DNA of 64,000 bases from Dipteris shenzhenensis (Eukaryota). Location: assembly GCA_047967505.1 (NCBI GenBank), contig CM106538.1; one strand, given 5' to 3'. A model generated the notes under the pieces. That model did no database searches, was not told the DNA's origin, and saw only the letters and a list, made by a program, of their open reading frames with translations. Below are positions 61,394-64,000 of the stretch, piece by piece (position 1 is the first letter of the stretch; each line of letters opens with the position of its first letter). Made by a program: the position numbers and the translations under genes.

Positions 61394-64000
61394 TGTTGGG
61401 GCCTGAGGGCCAGTTGGCCCCCAATTGGGGGGTCCCCCCATCGGGGCCAACGGCCCCCCTAGTGGGGGTTCAGGGGTGAGAGCCCTCGAGGCGACGGGGT
61501 ATAGGAAATATTCCTTAAATATTCCATGGATGACTAGTCAGTTCCCTAGGTTGATTGGTCAGCTTCATTGACTGGGTTGACTGGTCGGTTCCACTGACCA
61601 AGTTGATTCGACTACTGCCCTCATAGTAGCTATAAAGAGGCAACCTCCCCAGTCCATTGTACCAAATCAAATCTTCCAACAGAGATCTTCCAGCTAGTAG
61701 CTCTTCACCTAGTATCTGTCTAGATCGCCATCTAAGCTCCACTGTGGGAGTGCACAGGTGGATGGAGCCATCATCTGTACTACATCAGTATTGAAGGAAA
61801 TTTTTATGTATTTCCAATTTACTGTGTACTCTCTATTCTTTGTTCAATTTCTATTCTGTTGCACCGTGTAATTTAAAATGGTATCAGAGCCCAATAGGCG
61901 GCTCTAAGGATTGAAGAATAGAAGAGAGGCGAGGGCTTCAACAACATGTGGAGTGATGGCAATAGGAAGCAGCTCGAGTTTAGCACCTGACTACTGCACC
62001 AACAATCCAGGCGTTGAGGATTCGCCCACCAACCTTCACTGAAGGCAAGCTAGATGGTACAAACTACACTCTGTGGAAGATTAAAATTATTGCTATTCTA
62101 GATTCATATGAGCTTCTGGAGACAGTACTGGGGACTGACCCAGAAACATAAGGAGCCCTCGACCCAGCAAATCCAGGGAGTACTATACCTCCTAATGCCG
62201 ACCTTCTACGAGCTTGGAAATGCAAGAACACAGATGTTCTATGTACTCTGGTTATAAGTACTTCTCATAGTGTATTGACCTTGATTTAGCATACATCTAA
62301 GGAAACTATGGCCTGGAACATATTGAAGAGTCAGTATGAGACGTGGAATCAGACAAGGATCCAGAACCTGGAGAATCAACTTGCAGTTGAGAAGTTTAAT
62401 GAAGGAGAGACAGCAGAGGCATTCATAACCCAAATCAAAAATCTATGTGACCAGATGGCTGGTGCTGGGATACAAAAGACTAGCGAAGAGCTAGCTTAGC
62501 GGTGTCTTCAGATATGTCCACCAAGGTCTGATGGACTAGTAACAGTGCTTAACACTCAGGTGAGACCCCAGCCATTGTCATTTGAGGATTTCTGTGCTTT
62601 ACTTATGGAGGAGGAATTGAGGCTTAAAGCTCGATATGGAGGTGGCAATGGGGATGGTGGGTTTTCTGCCACTGCAAAAGGCAAAGGTGGTTCCTCCACC
62701 AAAGGTGAGTCCTCTACTAGTGGTGACAAAATGAAGAAGGGTGGCAAGAAGAAGTTTTAAGGAGAATGCTTCTACTGCAAGAAGAAGGGCCATGTGATTG
62801 CATATTGTCAGGTCAAGAAAGCAGATGAAAAGAATGGTACCCTGAAGAAGACAGATAAGGGGAAAGAGACAGCTAACACAATGGAAGTAGAGTTGGATCT
62901 ATTTCTAGCCATTGTGGAAGAGTGTTCCTTAGTTCAAGAACTATCAACCATTGATTCATGGGTGTTGGATAGTGGCGCCTCCCATCACATGACCTGCAAG
63001 AAGGGTCTATATTGTTCCATGTAGCCTCTATAAGAACCCATCACCATGACAGTTGGAAATAATGCAAAATGCCCTATTGAGGATATAGGTATGGTTTCAT
63101 TTGTTTCTATAAATGGAGATGTTAAGAAACTATCTAATGTGCTGAATGTTCCACAAATCAAGAGAAATTTGCTATTAGTTGCTTCCATAATTGACCTTGA
63201 CCATGAGGTGAGGTTCAACAAGATAGGAGCAAAAATTCTAGATAGTGCTGGCAATCTTGTTGGCACAGGAGTAAGGAGGAACAACTTGTATGAGCTAAGT
63301 GCTCTTATAGCCACTGCTGGAGTGGGCACAAGCAGACTTTGGCATGAAAGATTTGGCCACATCGGATTTGCAGTGCTGAAGGAGATGTAGAAGCAGGGTA
63401 TGTTGCTCACTTACCTCTATAGTAGCAAAAATCAAAGAACCATGTGAAGCTTGCATGATGGGCAAGCAACAGAGAAAGGCATTCCCACAAGAAAGCAAGA
63501 ATCGAGCAAACGCTCCTCTAGAGTTGATACATGTTGACTTGTGCGGTAAGATGCCTATACAGGCCTTGGGGGGATCTTCCTATTTTTTATTGATTGTCGA
63601 TGACTATAGTAGGAAGATGTGGTGTACTTTCTTCGCAAAAAGGCTCAAGCTTTTGGTATATTGAAAGAATGGCTACAGCTTGTTGAAAATGAAACAGGGA
63701 GAAAAGTGAAGAAAATTAGATCGGATGGTGGTGGTGAGTTTGTTTCTACAGAGTTTGGAGATTTTTGCAAGAGCAAAGGGATCAAGCGACAAATGACGAC
63801 ACCACATACGCCTTAGCAAAATTTGGTTGTTGAATGAATGCAGACCACCGTGGAGATGGGGAGGTGTATGTTGAAAGGTGCTAGACTGCCAAACCACTTT
63901 TGGGCTGAGGCTGTCAATACTGTGGTTTACATCCTTAATCGCAGCTATACAAAGGTACTCAAAGGTAAAACACACATGAGGATGCAGTACGATATGCTAA
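61394..64000 (+). mobile_element. Ty1/copia family C, 5' LTR (~61394-61878, start uncertain) plus decayed gag/PR/IN; runs off window
   Basis: PBS TGGTATCAGAGC 61879-61890; KLDGTNYTLWK, CFYCKKKGH..AYC, WVLDSGASHHMT, LWHERFGH, IHVDLCG and IRSDGGGEF. Confidence 0.9.

Overview
Eukaryotic, heavily methylated-looking plant heterochromatin; the Ty1/copia families, intron-containing DNA-transposon genes and Arabidopsis-type telomere motifs suggest a seed-free plant such as a fern (inference). I found no intact host gene, and most coding remnants are broken by C>T-type stops. The retroelements are nested copia LTR elements: family A at 1-4401 and 38190-46974, family B at 38024-52645, family C from ~61394 to the window end, a non-coding LTR element at 15112-18120 and a probable solo LTR. 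The window also holds a CACTA/EnSpm remnant, a modular palindrome-rich satellite spread over ~15 kb and a 7.5-kb TIR element carrying a RING-H2 gene. The most unusual region is 19.7-36.5 kb, where three decayed genes sit side by side: a DUF7869/Sola1-like DDD transposase, an intronless histone H3 variant with CENH3-like hallmarks (long divergent tail, +14-aa loop 1, loss of Q68/F84/T107) and an intron-containing RAG1/Transib-like (CCHH) DDE transposase. My leading hypothesis is a large DNA transposon that carries its own H3/CENH3-like histone. All family assignments come from motif recognition by eye, not database searches.
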